64,000 nucleotides of DNA, taken from Sphyrna mokarran. Its lineage: Eukaryota. Positions 50,610 through 63,948 of this stretch are shown in pieces; position 1 is the first letter of the stretch; each line of letters starts with the position of its first letter. The notes beneath the pieces are model-generated. The model saw only the letters and a program-made list of their open reading frames with translations. It had not been told where the DNA came from and did not search any database. The position numbers and the translations under genes were made by a program. The stretch spans positions 3,410,001 through 3,474,000 of the forward strand of contig JAGIQG010000040.1 of assembly GCA_024679065.1 (NCBI GenBank), in the 5' to 3' direction.

Positions 50610-52470
50610 TTAAGAAGTCTCACCACAATTGGTTAAATTGCAACAGGTTTATTTGGAATTACAAACTTTCGGAGCGCTGTTCCTTCCTCAAGAAAGTGAA
50701 GACCTGGGTTCTGAAAAAAAGGCATATAAAGACACAGGCTTTACAGGTAATCAGTCCTTTAGATGGACAGATGAGAGTGGAGAGAGCGATAATCACAGGT
50801 TAAAGAGGTAGAATTGTCCGAAGCCAAGATAGTTAGTAGGATTTTGCAACATTGGGGCTTACATATCGTATGGCATGAACCCAAGATCACGGCTGCGCCA
50901 TTCTAATGCATGCCAAATTTAGCTATCAATTTTTGCTCGGCGATTCTGCGTTTCCATATGTCTTGAAGGCCATCTTATAGAGCAGTTATCCGAAGATCGG
51001 AGGCTGAGTGTCTTTGACTGCTGATGTGTTCCCCAATGGAATTCGCACGGACTTCCTCAGAGATCAAATACGGGACACGGCTGACAGTATCCTTCATCGT
51101 TCAATACTTCTCCGGAGCAGAGAGACTATCCGATCTTCTTAGGAACCTTCAACATATCAATACTGCAGGAAAGTTGGCGAGACCATGCAGACGCTCTGAC
51201 AACGGATGAACGGACACAGCACAACAATCGCCAGGCAGGAATCTTGCTTCTTGTTGGGAAACATTTCGGCAGTCAGTGGTATTCAGCCCCCAATCTTCGG
51301 GTAGGCATTTTCCAAGGCAGCCTTCAAGACACACGACAACGCAAAATCACCAAGCAGAAACTTACAGCCAAGTTCACATGAAGACGCCCTCAATTTGGAA
51401 TCTTTGGTTCATGTTCCACTACGTGTAACCCCCACTATGTGGCCTGAGTTTGCAAATCTTACTGACTGTCCCGGCTTGAGACAATTCCTACATCTTTAAC
51501 CTATGGTTATCCCTCTCTCCACTCGCAATGTCTGTAACTGTAAAGACCCGATTACCTGTAAAGACATTCCTTCCATCATTATCTTTCAATTTTGTCTCAG
51601 TCTATATATACATGTTTGTGAACCCAACTCTCCATTCACTTGATGAAGGAACAGCACTCTGAAAGCTCGTGATGCCAAATAAACACGTTGGACTTTAATT
51701 TGGTGTTGTGAGACTTCTTATTGTGACAACCTCAGTACAACGCCACATGGCCATCATGAACAGTGCAAATTGTCGGCTTAAATTGGAGAGGATTTTCAAG
51801 GATATTACACACATCGGCACAGACATCAAGTTTCTACAAAGATGCAAGAAAGCAGACAAGATTCCGAAAGGATTATAGATCACAAACCTACTCAACTCGA
51901 CATACAACACAGACTAGACTGAGGGATTTTGCTGTCATACCTCTCTCATAACCCTCAACCACCTCATACATCAGCTCTACAGCGGATGTCACAACTTGGA
52001 AGCTAAGATAGTGTCCATATTCTGAACTTGTGCTTAGGATGAAGCTGACCAGCAGTGAGACGCATCCAAACACACAAGAGAACAGATTTACGCCACGGAC
52101 AGCATACCAAGAATAGGAAACTTAGGAAACTCGGTATCCCTACCAGCAGCAAAAAAGTCTCCCAATGGTATAACGGTAGAATACAGTACCATTGCAGGGA
52201 AGTTCCTTGTCAACTTGACGGACTATATCCTTCAATCAGACGAAATCGGAGGTCTCAGTCGAGTTCTCAATCCTAACGCTAAAATGGATGTTGGTCTTGC
52301 AACAGACACAGAGAAATTCACCAGGCGAATGAGGCTCTGACAGTTCTTCCACAACCCCAAGAGACCAACAGCGAACCCAATGAGAGAACACGATTAACTC
52401 ACCTGATGAAGGAAATGCGCTCCAAAAATTGGTGATTCCCAATAGACTTGTTGGACTTTAAACTGGTTGA
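50610..52470. mobile_element. Penelope-like retroelement relic with inverted terminal arm
   Basis: Plus strand near 51175 reads GETMQTL*QRMNGHSTTIARQ (GIY-YIG region); near 51757 MNSANCRLKLER..DIKFLQRCKKADKIPKGL; 50610-51040 is the reverse complement of about 51250-51725. Confidence 0.75.
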
Positions 52471-52480
52471 GCAATCAAGT

Positions 52481-52770
52481 ATCTGATTGGCTGGTGCCGT
52501 CATTTAGCAAACGATCCTCTGATCGCCTGAAGAGGTCAGTTAGGGATTTAGTCGCTGATTGGCTGAGGTGATCATTTAGCCACCGAGTCCATGAATAGCT
52601 GAGACAGTCAATTAACAATCTACTCTCTGATTGGCTGAGGTTGTCATTTAGCACTACACTCTCTGATTGGCTGTGGAAGTTGTAAGAAATCTGGTCTTTG
52701 ATTGTCTAAACGATAAATTATTGATCTGGTCTCTTATTGGCTGAGGAGGTCAGTTAATGATCTTGGCCTT
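52481..52770. repeat. Eight-unit 36-bp tandem repeat carrying CTGATTGGCT
   Basis: ATTGG or variants at 52486, 52522, 52558, 52594, 52630, 52666, 52701 and 52736. Confidence 0.85.
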
Positions 52771-52782
52771 ACTGGATGCCAA

Positions 52783-55700
52783 TCAGTTTTGTTTCTTCAT
52801 TAAATTAATAACTGATGCAATTGGATATTTCAGCGTGATTCTGATCTGCTCCCTGAATTTGGATTGAGTCACTGCATAGATAAATGTGTTTGTGCAGCAA
52901 CTAAAATCCCGCAACAAAAATCCGACTGTTTGAAATGTATATTCCGGAATAGTGAGATAAACTAATCCTCTTACATCTGCATAGAAAAATTTTATAACAT
53001 AAATCGACCAGAGCAGAATAAAAGCTCCAGATATGCTGAAGAGTAAAATCATTGACTTCCTTCTGCTCTCCATCTCTGGGTCTCTGCATTTATCTCCCTT
53101 TCTCTGTGCCCTTAGCCCCTTCCGTACTCGACTGGTCACTAAAATGTGACTGACTGTTAGAGCATTAATAAACAGAATTAAACTGAATGAGAGCAGTGGG
53201 GTTAAAACCTGATTAAACCAGTTAAACCCAATCCAACCAGGATCAGTCCAAGCGCTTGCCTTGGCAATACAGCCCCACTTGGCATTGCCGATTATGAATT
53301 GAGGTTCATATATAAAGTAAAACGGGATGTTTTTTGAAGAAAGCAATATGCCAGTTGTTGCCAGAACCATAGCTGCAGTTTTTCCAGTGCAATATTTAGC
53401 TTTCATTTTCTGGCAGCAAATGGCCACAAATCGATCAAAGGAAAAAGTGACGGTGAACCAGACAGAACAATCTGCAGCTGCAGTCTCCAGGACAGATTTA
53501 ACACGACATACGTATGTGAGGGAGAGGAAATTCAGAGGGAAATAATAATTATTTATGTAGTTGAGAATGGGGTTTATGATGATGAATAATAGGTCCACCG
53601 CTGCCATGGCTACCAAGTAACGAGTGGTGCAGCTGGAGAGGCCACACTTTCCCAGACTCAGGATCACAATTCCAAGTAAATTAACTGTGAGAGAAACAAG
53701 AAATAAGAACCTGAAAATGAGTGAATATACATTCTCCATATCTGAAATGATAGTAAGGAGACCATTCCAATATCAATCCAATGGGCACGAGTTCCCAGAG
53801 TTAGAATGTTGTTGGAAGATGCTAATCTGTTAGAGATTAGCATTACAGACTGTAAAGTAGCCAATGTAACACTTTAGGTTAAGCATGGCTGGAGGATAGA
53901 AAGCTGTGAGTTACACATCTTTCACTTGTTAAAGCAAATCTGCATATTCTATTCATATGAATATGACTGAGAGGTTGGATTTCTGAGTTGACCTATTTTA
54001 CAGGATTGACTCAGACTGGACGGGTTTCCTAATTAGGCTTGAAACCTACAGAAACATGCCAGGGATTGGCATCAGTACTTGCCATCCCTTCCTGCATCCA
54101 ATTATCACAGCCCACTCCCGATTGAACACTTCCCTGGACTGCTCAACTGATGGATTTTGATGTCACTTCGGGATTATTTGTCCTCTCTCCAAATCTGTTC
54201 CTCATTCTGTCTCTTTCTCCCAACTTTTCAGCTTTTCGTTTCCAGATCTCTTATTCTCAAAAGTTATCTCTCTTTCCATTCTTCTCTCTCTATTTCTATG
54301 TCTCCCCGATTCTTCCCTAATTTGACTCTTGCTATCCTCTTCCACTCTCTTGGCAGTTTTCTTCTCCCACCCAATCTGTTTCCATTATAAACCTCATTCT
54401 AGCTTTCTCCCATTATCTGTCCGTCTCCCTTCAAATATTTCTCGCTCTCTATCTCCATATCTAACAGTCTTTCCCCAGCATCTATCTCTCCTACTGTTTA
54501 ACATAGAGTAATAGAAGATAAGTGCAGGAGGAGGTCATTTGGCACTTCAAGCCTTCTTTACCATTTATCACGATCATAGCTGATCGTCCAACTCCCAAGT
54601 GGTACATCTGGCCGTCTTTTGAATACGTTGAATATTTGGCCTCAACTGCTTTCTGCAATAACGAATTCCAAAACATCACCACTCTATGGCTGAAGAAATG
54701 TTTCCTCCCTTCTGTCCTAAATGGTCTACGCTGTATTCTCAGACTGTTACACTTAGTTTTGGACACTTTCCCCATCGGCAACACCTGTTCTCGTCCTGCT
54801 AGAATTTTATGAGTCTTGATGAGCTCTCCCCTCATTCATCTGAACTCCAGCGACAGCAGTCCTAACCTAGCCAATCCCTGTTCATACATCAGTTCCGCCA
54901 TCCCCTGAATCAGCCTGCACTCTCTCGAGAGCAAGAACATGCTACCTCAGAAGAGGAGATCAAAACGGCACACAATATTCGGGATGTGACCTCACCAAAA
55001 TCTGTATAATTATTACACTCGAAACATTTCACCATTAAGGACCACATACTATTTGCCTTCTATACAGTTTGCTGCACCTGCATGCTTGCATTCAGCGACT
55101 GGTGAATAAGGTCACCCGGCATCCGCTGCACACGCCCCTACCTGAATTTACAGCCTTTCAGGTAGTAATCTGCCTTCTTGTTTTTGTTTCCAACCGAATA
55201 TCCTCATTTTTTTCAAAGTAAGCTGCATCTCTTATTGATTTATCCACTCACCCAACCTATCCAGATCATGCTGATGATCTCTGCATCCTCATCATCCCCT
55301 CTCTCCCACTCATGTTGGTAACATCTGCAAGCTTTGAGATGTTACATTTTATTCCCTCGTCCAAATCATTAATATATGCTGTGAATTGCTGGGATCTCAG
55401 CACCGACTATCTACTACTACACAATTTGAAAAGGACCAATTCATTCCTTCTCTTTGTTTCATTTTTGTCAACCAATTTTGTGTGCATCTCAATACACTTC
55501 CCCCTATCCTATGTGCTGTAATCTTGATAATCCCTCATTATCAAGAGGAATTTGTCAAATACTTTCTGAAAGTCCACATATATCACTTCGACTGGTTCCT
55601 CCCGTCAACTCTACGAATAATATCTCTAAAGATCTTTCTCCCCATATCTTTCTATCTGTCTCCAGAATTTCTCTCTCTCTCTCTCTTTCTCTCTGTCCTA

Positions 55701-58574
55701 ATTTCTCCCCATTCCTGTTTATCTCTCCCAGCATCTCTTCCGCGCTCTCTCTCCCAGTGTTAGGTGTTTGATTTTAAAACACAACAGAATGCCATGTGGA
55801 AACAAAATGACAATATCCTGACAGGATAACGGGGAAGCATTTCATTCCCCCAGCCCACGACTGGTAAAATCCGACCCTAACCCTTGAATGCCATGTTTAC
55901 TCTGAGTTCGGACACATCTCCCTTCAGTGACAGAAACATATAAACATCCATGTTGAAAGTGGGAAAGTATTGTGTTCCTTCAGTAGATTTCTAAAATAAG
56001 GTTCCCCCTATGTTTATTTATGTATTAATTTGTGTATGTATTTATACATTGAACTGATATCTGTAAATCAGCAATCCCAGAGGGCTGTTTCGAAGTTTTC
56101 TCCAGAGATAGCAAACTGGGCGACAACCCCAACCTAAAGACCCCCAGATATTGTATCTCATCTTACTGTCTCACAGCAATGTGTTTTGTGGTTATTGACA
56201 ATGTTGGTCAGAAATATTGTGTCGCTCCTTTGAACACAGAATGCATGACATACAGGGAAAGTAGCAGAGATATGGACAGAGAGAAGAAAGTAGGAGGGTG
56301 AAATAATTGGTGGTTGGTTTGGTGCGGTGACCAGGACCTAGATAAGAACATCCATCTTTACAATTACAGAACGACAATGGCAGAAGGAGGAAAAGGAATG
56401 ATGAAGGTGAATCAGAGACAGATGGAAGCCGAAGGTCAAACCAGAGGTGGTGATGGAGGAAGAGGAATTGAGAAAGAGAAACATGATGTGACAGTCTCCA
56501 GGCTATAGTCATTGGATGCAACTCCAATCATACCTTTCAAGTAGTTTGACTTGTGCAGAAAAATGACGGGAGTATGATTTTAAAATTGTCAGGAAGGAGT
56601 CAACAGCCCCATTCCAAAAGAAAGAGCGATTTGAGTAGCATTTGGGTACTGAGAAGGGGGCAGGGGATTGGTAGGGTGGAGGAGGACTGGCATTTTTATT
56701 CAATATTAGAAGATTCCGTTCGTGGATGTCTATGTTTTTCCATTTCAAATTTATACCTGATTTGAAGAAATGGAGGAAAGGAGAGAGTGAGAGAGAATGA
56801 GGAGACCGAAGAGGAGAGGTATAGAATAATAGAACCAGGCAAAGCAGGAGCTCTTTGGTCAATTGTGTCTGCACCTGCACGCGATAAGCAATTGAAATCA
56901 CATCTAATCTCATCTGCCAGCATTTGGCCCATTGCATTGAAGGTAAGATGTGTCATGTGCTCATCTAGATACTTTTTAAAGTACGTGAAGCAACTCGCCT
57001 CTACTAACCTTAGAGACAGCATATTGCAGACCCGCTGGGTAAAAATGTTTTTCCTCATAACACCCCTAAACATCCTTACCCTCACCTCGAACAAATATCC
57101 CCTTGCGACTGATCACTTAATTAGGAAGAACAACTGTTCTTTCTCCACTCTGTCCACGTCTCATAATCTTGTACAACACAATCAGATTGCACCTCAGTCT
57201 TTCCTGCATCAACGAAAATAACTCAAGCCTATCTAACGCCTGTTAATAACATTTATGTTCCATCCCAGGCAGTATCCTGGTGAATCTCCTCTGCATCCAT
57301 CTAGTGCAATCACATCCCTTCGAAAAAACAGCTTCCAGAATTGCGTATGATACTTTCGTTGTAGCCTCACCAATGTCCTACACAATTCCAACATGACTTT
57401 CCCGCTCTTATAATCTATGTCTCGAGTGCAAGTGTCCCATACTTTTCCACCACCCTACTAATTTCGGCTTACAGAGATCTGTGGGCAACTATGGCAAGTT
57501 GTCGTTGTTCCACTGAACTTCCTCGAGTCCTACCATACATTAAGTACTTCCTTATCAAATTACTCCTTCCAAGCGTATCCAAATTCCACCTGCCACTTCT
57601 CTGTGCATTTGGCATTTCCGTCCCTATCTTTTGATAGCCCAGTGCATAACGCACTCTATTAAGCACTCTTCCATTTTCGATGTCATCAGCAAAATTAATA
57701 ATTATACCCCTCACATAGTCATCAACGTCATTTGCATGAATTATGAAAAATGGGGGCCAACACAGATCTCTGTGGTACGCCACTGGACACTGGCTTGCAG
57801 TCAATAAAACAGCTTTTATCATCACCCTCTGTTTTGATAGCTGAGCCAATTTTGAATCCACTTTATCAAATTTCCTTATATCCCATGTGAATTTACCTTC
57901 TTTACAACTCTCCCATGTGGGACCTTGCGAACACTTTGCCGAAATCCGTATAAAGCAGATAGTTTCTTCTGGCATCTTGCTAAACATACATACTGGCCTC
58001 CAATGTAACACTGACCACACTTGAATGAAGAATTAATTCTTAGATTGTAAACACGTGGATAGATAATGTCAGAAATAGATCGATATTTAGATTAGGTATT
58101 CCACTCTGCTGAAAATAGCAGTATAATTCTACGCTGATAAGTAAACTGTGTAACATTTATGTCAGATATTCCAGCCTAGCGAGTGATCCACATGCAAAAT
58201 TTGATTTTATTTTATTCCTGTAAAAACAGGAGAGACCTCCTTCACTGAGATCCAATCTCTAATTGTATAAAACAATATTAAATACAATAATTTCATTGAT
58301 CAGTGAGACCGTGATGTTTATCTATTCATGCCAATAATTAAAATCATAGACATAATACAATATATTGATTTTAATGAATTGCATCATTCACCTGGCGTAT
58401 TATACCAGTGAACTTGAGATCAGTGAGGGACATTCTCACTCAATGTTTAAAATCAGGAAGTCGTTCATACAGGAGTTTACACGACTTGCTTGGTTGTGGT
58501 CACTTACCAGGAACGCCAATAATAGCAATGATTGGGTAGATTATTTTCGCAGCTTTCTCAACTGGATACAACAT
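52783..58574 (-). CDS. GPR139/GPR142-like class A GPCR (copy 3), 322 aa; coding exons 58574-58508 and 53684-52783
   Basis: Exon 1 MLYPVEKAAKIIYPIIAIIGVP with phase-1 GTAAGT, joined to VNLLGIVIL; FDRFVAIC; TM7 NTFIY; likely non-coding exon donor near 58794. Confidence 0.88.
54500..57965 (-). mobile_element. Decayed CR1 fragments in the GPCR intron (about 54500-55450 and 56860-57965)
   Basis: MRGELIKTHKIL, KNIFTQRV, INFADD pieces. Confidence 0.75.
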
Positions 58575-59279
58575 TCTCTGTATGAAATAATAAGTCCCTT
58601 CGTGCTTCTCGTAGTCTTTCCGTCTTAAACTGTGAGGTTATATATCCCCAAAGCCTTCAATTTATACATTCTTGAATCACCTTAGGGACATTGAGGTAGA
58701 AAAATGGCTTGAAGATTTTTTTTTAATACCTGAACAAACAGATTGCAACATTGATTTCAGTGATGGAAAAATATTTATTTTTAAATTGACTTACCACTTT
58801 CCAAATACTGGATTCCATTGATTACCGTTGTCAACTTATCATAAGAGGAAAGACAATGTCCATTCAACGGTCATCAGTCCCATCTCTAGATCTCAGATTG
58901 TTACAGTGATATCCTTCACTCGATTGTGACATTTTAGTGAACAAGTTTCAAACCTTATCCTGTATCTCTGTGTATGGTCTTTAAATATGGCAATTCGGCT
59001 TCATGATTTAAATGGATTATTGGTGACCATAAATTCCAAAATTCTGTTAATCAATAATCTGGGACCACTAACCTGCAAAGAAAATTAATTTACCGTTAAG
59101 CCTAATGCAATTGCTCAAAATATCTAGAAACAATTGGACATCACAAAAAATCCGACACTGCAAAATATACACACTCATAGAGAGAAACAGAATTAACTGA
59201 AAACTAATGCACAATCTTTAGCTGGTACTGGCCCCACATCTAATACAAAACTTTATACTGGGAGAGAAACGTAGTGAAA

Positions 59280-60250
59280 TGAGAGAGAGAGAGAGAAAGG
59301 GGAGAAAGATAAAGAGACAGAGAGAGAGAGAGACCTGTGAAACGGGCTGAAACTAGATAGAGTGAGAAGCTGAGATAGTGAATGGAAAGGAGTGAGAGGA
59401 TAAGACTCTGAGAGATGGAAGGGGAACAAAAGCGGAAAATAGAGAGAAAGAAAGATATAGTGATAAATAATGTGGAGAATATTATGAGGGAAGTATATAG
59501 TATGAGACGAATGGTATTATGAAAGTAACTTAAGGTTAAATGGAATTCAGTTCTGCCTCAAATTACTCGGTGCAATGTTCACATTACATAGTTCAATTGG
59601 ACTATTGTGTCCTGTTCTGGCTACACACTTTAAGCAAGATGTAAATACATTGGCGATAGAAATGGAGGGGAAGTCAAACAGAAACGAGGTGACTAGGATG
59701 AGATAGAGGGAGATTCATTGGCTAAGAGGGTGATGGATCAGACGTCGAGGAATACAGATGAGTTGCATAATTGAAAGAAACAATTTGAATGCGGTAAATG
59801 AGTTGAGAGAGTGAGAGGGACAGGAATAGAAATGCATTGAGGAAGAGACTTTGTTGGTGTGAGAGAAAGGGAGAGAAGGGAAGAGGGGCAGAGAGAAGTG
59901 GTGAATGACGTAGAGACCAGGTGATGGAGGGTGAAAGGCAACAGGCGCTAGGAAAGAGAGTATGAAGACTCGGGCCAATGCAGGGAGAATGAAATAAGAA
60001 GGGAGGATTGGACGAAAGAGGTTTAGATAGCATGAGCTGGAAGGGACATGGTAATGAAGGGAGAGATGGAGCGAGAGAGGGGACACAGGGCGGTGGAGAG
60101 TCTTTTGGAGATACTGAGGTAAAAACGTTGTGTGGAATTGAGGAGCTCGGAGAGGGACTGGAAGACAGTGCGAGGGAGGGAGAGACAAAGGGAGGGCGGG
60201 AGAGGTAGGTCAAATGAATAAGAGCTAGAGCGAGAGATAAAGAGATAGAG
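59280..60250. repeat. Purine-rich low-complexity tracts
   Basis: Direct inspection. Confidence 0.75.
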
Positions 60251-60392
60251 GTTGGAGGAACTCGGTTTGTTCTCACTGGAACGACCGAGGTTGAGGGGCG
60301 ACCTGATAGAAGTCTATGCATTCTAACGTATAATTATCTAAGCCATATATTTGTGAAATATGGTCAGATTATTATGAATCTTTATGAATCAC

Positions 60393-60607
60393 TCTTTACT
60401 CAAAGAGTGATTAGGGAGTGGAATGCCCTGCCTGCAGCTGTTGTAGATGCGCCAAGTTTGGTGGCGTTTAAGAGGTTAGTTGATAAGTATATGGATGAGA
60501 AGGGAATGGTTTAGTAGGAGGGGCATTGCTTTTTATTTTGGTCGGCACAACATCGAAGGCCGAAGGGCCTGTTCTGTGCTGTATTGTTCTATGTTCTATG
60601 TTCTATG
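60393..60607 (+). mobile_element. Young CR1 3' tail
   Basis: Near-identical to 27430-27648 and 62490-62703. Confidence 0.9.
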
Positions 60608-60609
60608 TA

Positions 60610-63300
60610 AACCTTTGCGTAAACGTGCCCAGATGTGCTGCTGATACCGAATAGTGAGTTCAAGCTTGTATTGGTGCTGTTAAGCTTCAGCAGTGACCAG
60701 AATCTGTTAGCATTATCTAATACTGTGAATATCACTTGGCTTGGCGCTATTTCATTCAGGATGCTGGCTGGATTAGCAACTATCTGATGCCATCGAGTTG
60801 CGTAGTGATTTCAACCTGTGTCGTTAATTGTAGTTGATAGGAACCATCAGAGTTCCTTACCGGCCAGGTAGGTAAATTGCTTTCTGAAAATATTCTTGTC
60901 ACAATTGTTTTTTTTTTGCTTTTTCTAATTCGCCGACAATGAAATTTTCATTATTATTGCTTCTGGTTTGAGGAGACGCTGCTTATGTGGAGAGCGAACC
61001 CTCCAGAGATTGTTACACTGTGAATGTCTAAATATCTATATCCCTATATGTATATTGCCCAGGTTTATTGTAAAGGTAAATTTCCTCATTCTGTTCCGAT
61101 TTCCCAGCGGGGTCGAAGAGCTGCTACACGAGGAACCGTGCATCTTACTTTCTGATTCAACAAGTTTCTCTTTTATGATTTGTGCCACTCTATTGAACGT
61201 GTCTTAGTATTAATTGTAGCTCCTAACTGTTGGAACAGATCAATTCCCAAGATATTTCCTTCTCCTCTAGAACACACCAAATCTGAATCAATCCTTCTCG
61301 ATTCCAAAATTCTAACAAGATTCACTTAACAGTGCTCTTCTAGTTCCTCCCGTTACCTCCATCAATTGTACATATTCTTCTTTCGGTTGTAATGGTAAGT
61401 CCAGTAGCGAGATAGTTGCCCCAGTGTCCAAGAGCGTTGTGCAATGATGTCCCCTAGCATTGCATCCACATATACACGAGGATCTTTCTCTGGGAATCAG
61501 CAGGCCGCTAATTGTCATTTCTGACCTAAGGATTTCTGCAGCTCATCTGCGGTCATTTAACTCATTAGATGAACCACTTGTGGTTTCGAGCCAAGTTGCC
61601 ACAGTCGGTGATATTGCCTGCTCAAAAAATTCTCATGCTCTTCTTCTTACTTTTACCCGGCTATTTTGCACTTTTTATGACAGTTGTCACATTGTGGCTT
61701 AGCACGACTGTTTTTAGCAATATTAAGTTTTTTTTTACGACATTAAACCATGTTACTCTAGGATTGGGTTGGAGTGGGGTTGTTGACTTTGGTATCGTAA
61801 AAGAGCATGGAGGGACTGAGCAATTATAAAAAGTAGTCATTTTGGCACTTCTGACTGTAAACTTCTGCTTTCATAGCTCACCCCATAATTTCCCGATAAT
61901 TACGATTCCCCTCTACCCCCCCCGCCCCCGGGAAGATCGAGTTTTATTATTTTGGCCCGGGTGTTTTAAATCCAGCTTTGAAAATTTTTAACTATATTTC
62001 ATCATCCCTTTTTGCATTATTCATTCCATCTTCATCAACATAAGCTCTAAAGCAGTCAAGTCGATAAGGTTGTTAAGAAGGCATATGGAGTCTTAGCTTT
62101 TATTGGTAGGGGGATTGAATTTCGGAACCGCAACGTCATGTTGCAACTGTACAAAACTCTAGTGCGGCCGCACTTGGAGTATTGTGTGCAGTTCTGGTCC
62201 CCACATTATAAGAAAGATGTGGAGGCATTGGAGAGGGTACAGAGGAGGTTTACCAGGATGTTGCCTGGTATGGAGGGCAGGTCTTATGAAGAGAGGCTGA
62301 GGGATTTGAGGTTGTTTTCATTAGAAAGGAGGCGGCTAAGAGGGGACCTTATCGAAACATATAAGATGATTAGAGGTTTAGATAGGGTGGACAGTGATAG
62401 CCTTTTTCCTAGGATGGAGAAAGCTAGCACGAGGGGACACAGCTTTAAATTAAGGGGTGATAGTTATAGGACGGATATCAGAGGTAGGTTCTTTACCCAA
62501 AGGGTGGTTCGGGAGTGGAATGCCCTGCCTGCAGCAGTTGTAGATGCGCCAAGTTTGGTGGCGTTTAAGAGGTTAGTTGATAAGTATATGGAAGAGAAGG
62601 GAATGGTTTAGTTTGGAGGGTTATTGCTTTTTATAATGGTCGGCGCAACATCGAAGGCCGAAGGGCCTGTTCTGCACTGTAATGTTCTATGTTCTATGTT
62701 CTAAACTTGCGACCAGTCAGTTCAATGTTTCTTTCCTTTTATGCTTGATTAGGGCTAATTTTGTCCAGTTAGCTTTTCCCCTATCAAGAGCTCGTGCTAT
62801 GCTCCATTTCATGCCTTGCTGTTCATCCAGTTTTACTTCTATTACCCAATCTCCCGTTTGAAATTCTGGAAGTAACATAGCCCAACCCAGACCTGGTAGT
62901 TTTCCATCTACTAGCGCCCATGCGTCACCTAGGATAAACTTTGAATTTCGCTTTGCTCTTCTAAAGTCTCCCAGCAAGGCGAATTTAATGATTTCGGCGC
63001 AAATAGCCTAATTTGTCCAGAAACATCTCTTTGTCTGACGCAGACAACGGAGTTTCTCTGGCAACAAAGATATCTTTACGCCCTGGATGAGTTAGTAATA
63101 CAGTTCAAATCGGTCCCATCTGAGCCGACGGCTCTCTTCCTCTCACAATAGCTCCAATACTTGACCTCTTTTGTCTCCCGCTCCTAAAAATGTGATGTTT
63201 CAATCTTCTGTGATAAATCATTCTACATGGTTATACTCAATTTCCTTCTGTACACTTCTCTGCGGCCATTTAACTAACTTGCAACATTTAATGGAGGCTA
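60610..63300 (-). mobile_element. Retroviral/LTR-element gag-protease relic, interrupted by a CR1
   Basis: TLLDTGATISLL (aspartyl protease) near 61430, followed by GNILGIDLFQQLG near 61250; gag-like NWTKLALIKHKRKET upstream; many stops. Confidence 0.65.
62052..62703 (+). mobile_element. Young CR1 3' fragment
   Basis: 157-aa ORF; (gttctat)n tail; TSD tctaaa at 62046-62051 and 62700-62705. Confidence 0.95.
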
Positions 63301-63309
63301 ATTTCGTAA

Positions 63310-63582
63310 CATAGAAATCATTGAATCTACAGTGCAGAAAGAGGCCCTTGAGCCCATTGAGTCTGCACCGAACACAATTCCACCCAGGACCTACCCCAGA
63401 TCCCTACATATTATACCCACTAATCCCTCTAACCTACGCATCTCTGGACACTAAGGGGCAATTTCTTAGCATGGCCAATCAACCTGACCCGCACATCCTT
63501 GGACCATGGGAGGAAATCGGAATACCCGGAGGAAACCCACGCAGACACAGGGAGAATGTGCAAATTCCACACAGACAGTGTA
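63310..63582 (-). mobile_element. HE1/V-SINE-type element; other copies near 17980-18290, 30830-31000, 35940-36200 and 43990-44180
   Basis: agcatggccaatcaacctgacc...acccacgcagacacagggagaatgtgcaaattccacacagac. Confidence 0.8.
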
Positions 63583-63948
63583 AAAAAGTCAAAAGAAAAA
63601 AAGACCTTCTGTGAAATGTGCGCTATTTCCTCTAGCTCATTTACAGTTTCACTTATATCTGTCTTTTTGAGCGCACACTATTATCAGATATTTCAGCTGG
63701 TGATTAACCATATTAGCTTGCTCCTCCATTAAAGTTTGTTGTAGACTGAATGAGATATGAATATATGCCTGGTGAAAAAAATCGAACTTTCCTGTCAGAG
63801 CATCAAAAAGGAGGTATTTCACAGAAAGTATTTGAGGGTGGAGTCAGAGCAATGATAACATGCCTTTAACGTCGATGCTCAAATAATGTTGAGCAACACC
63901 GTGGAATCAAGCAATTTTCCCTTCCACCACGCGAGAAAGCGTAATGAA

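Noticed and set aside
52481-52770. CRISPR-like array
   Set aside because: Eukaryotic context; units are homologous along their length, with no unique spacers or cas genes.
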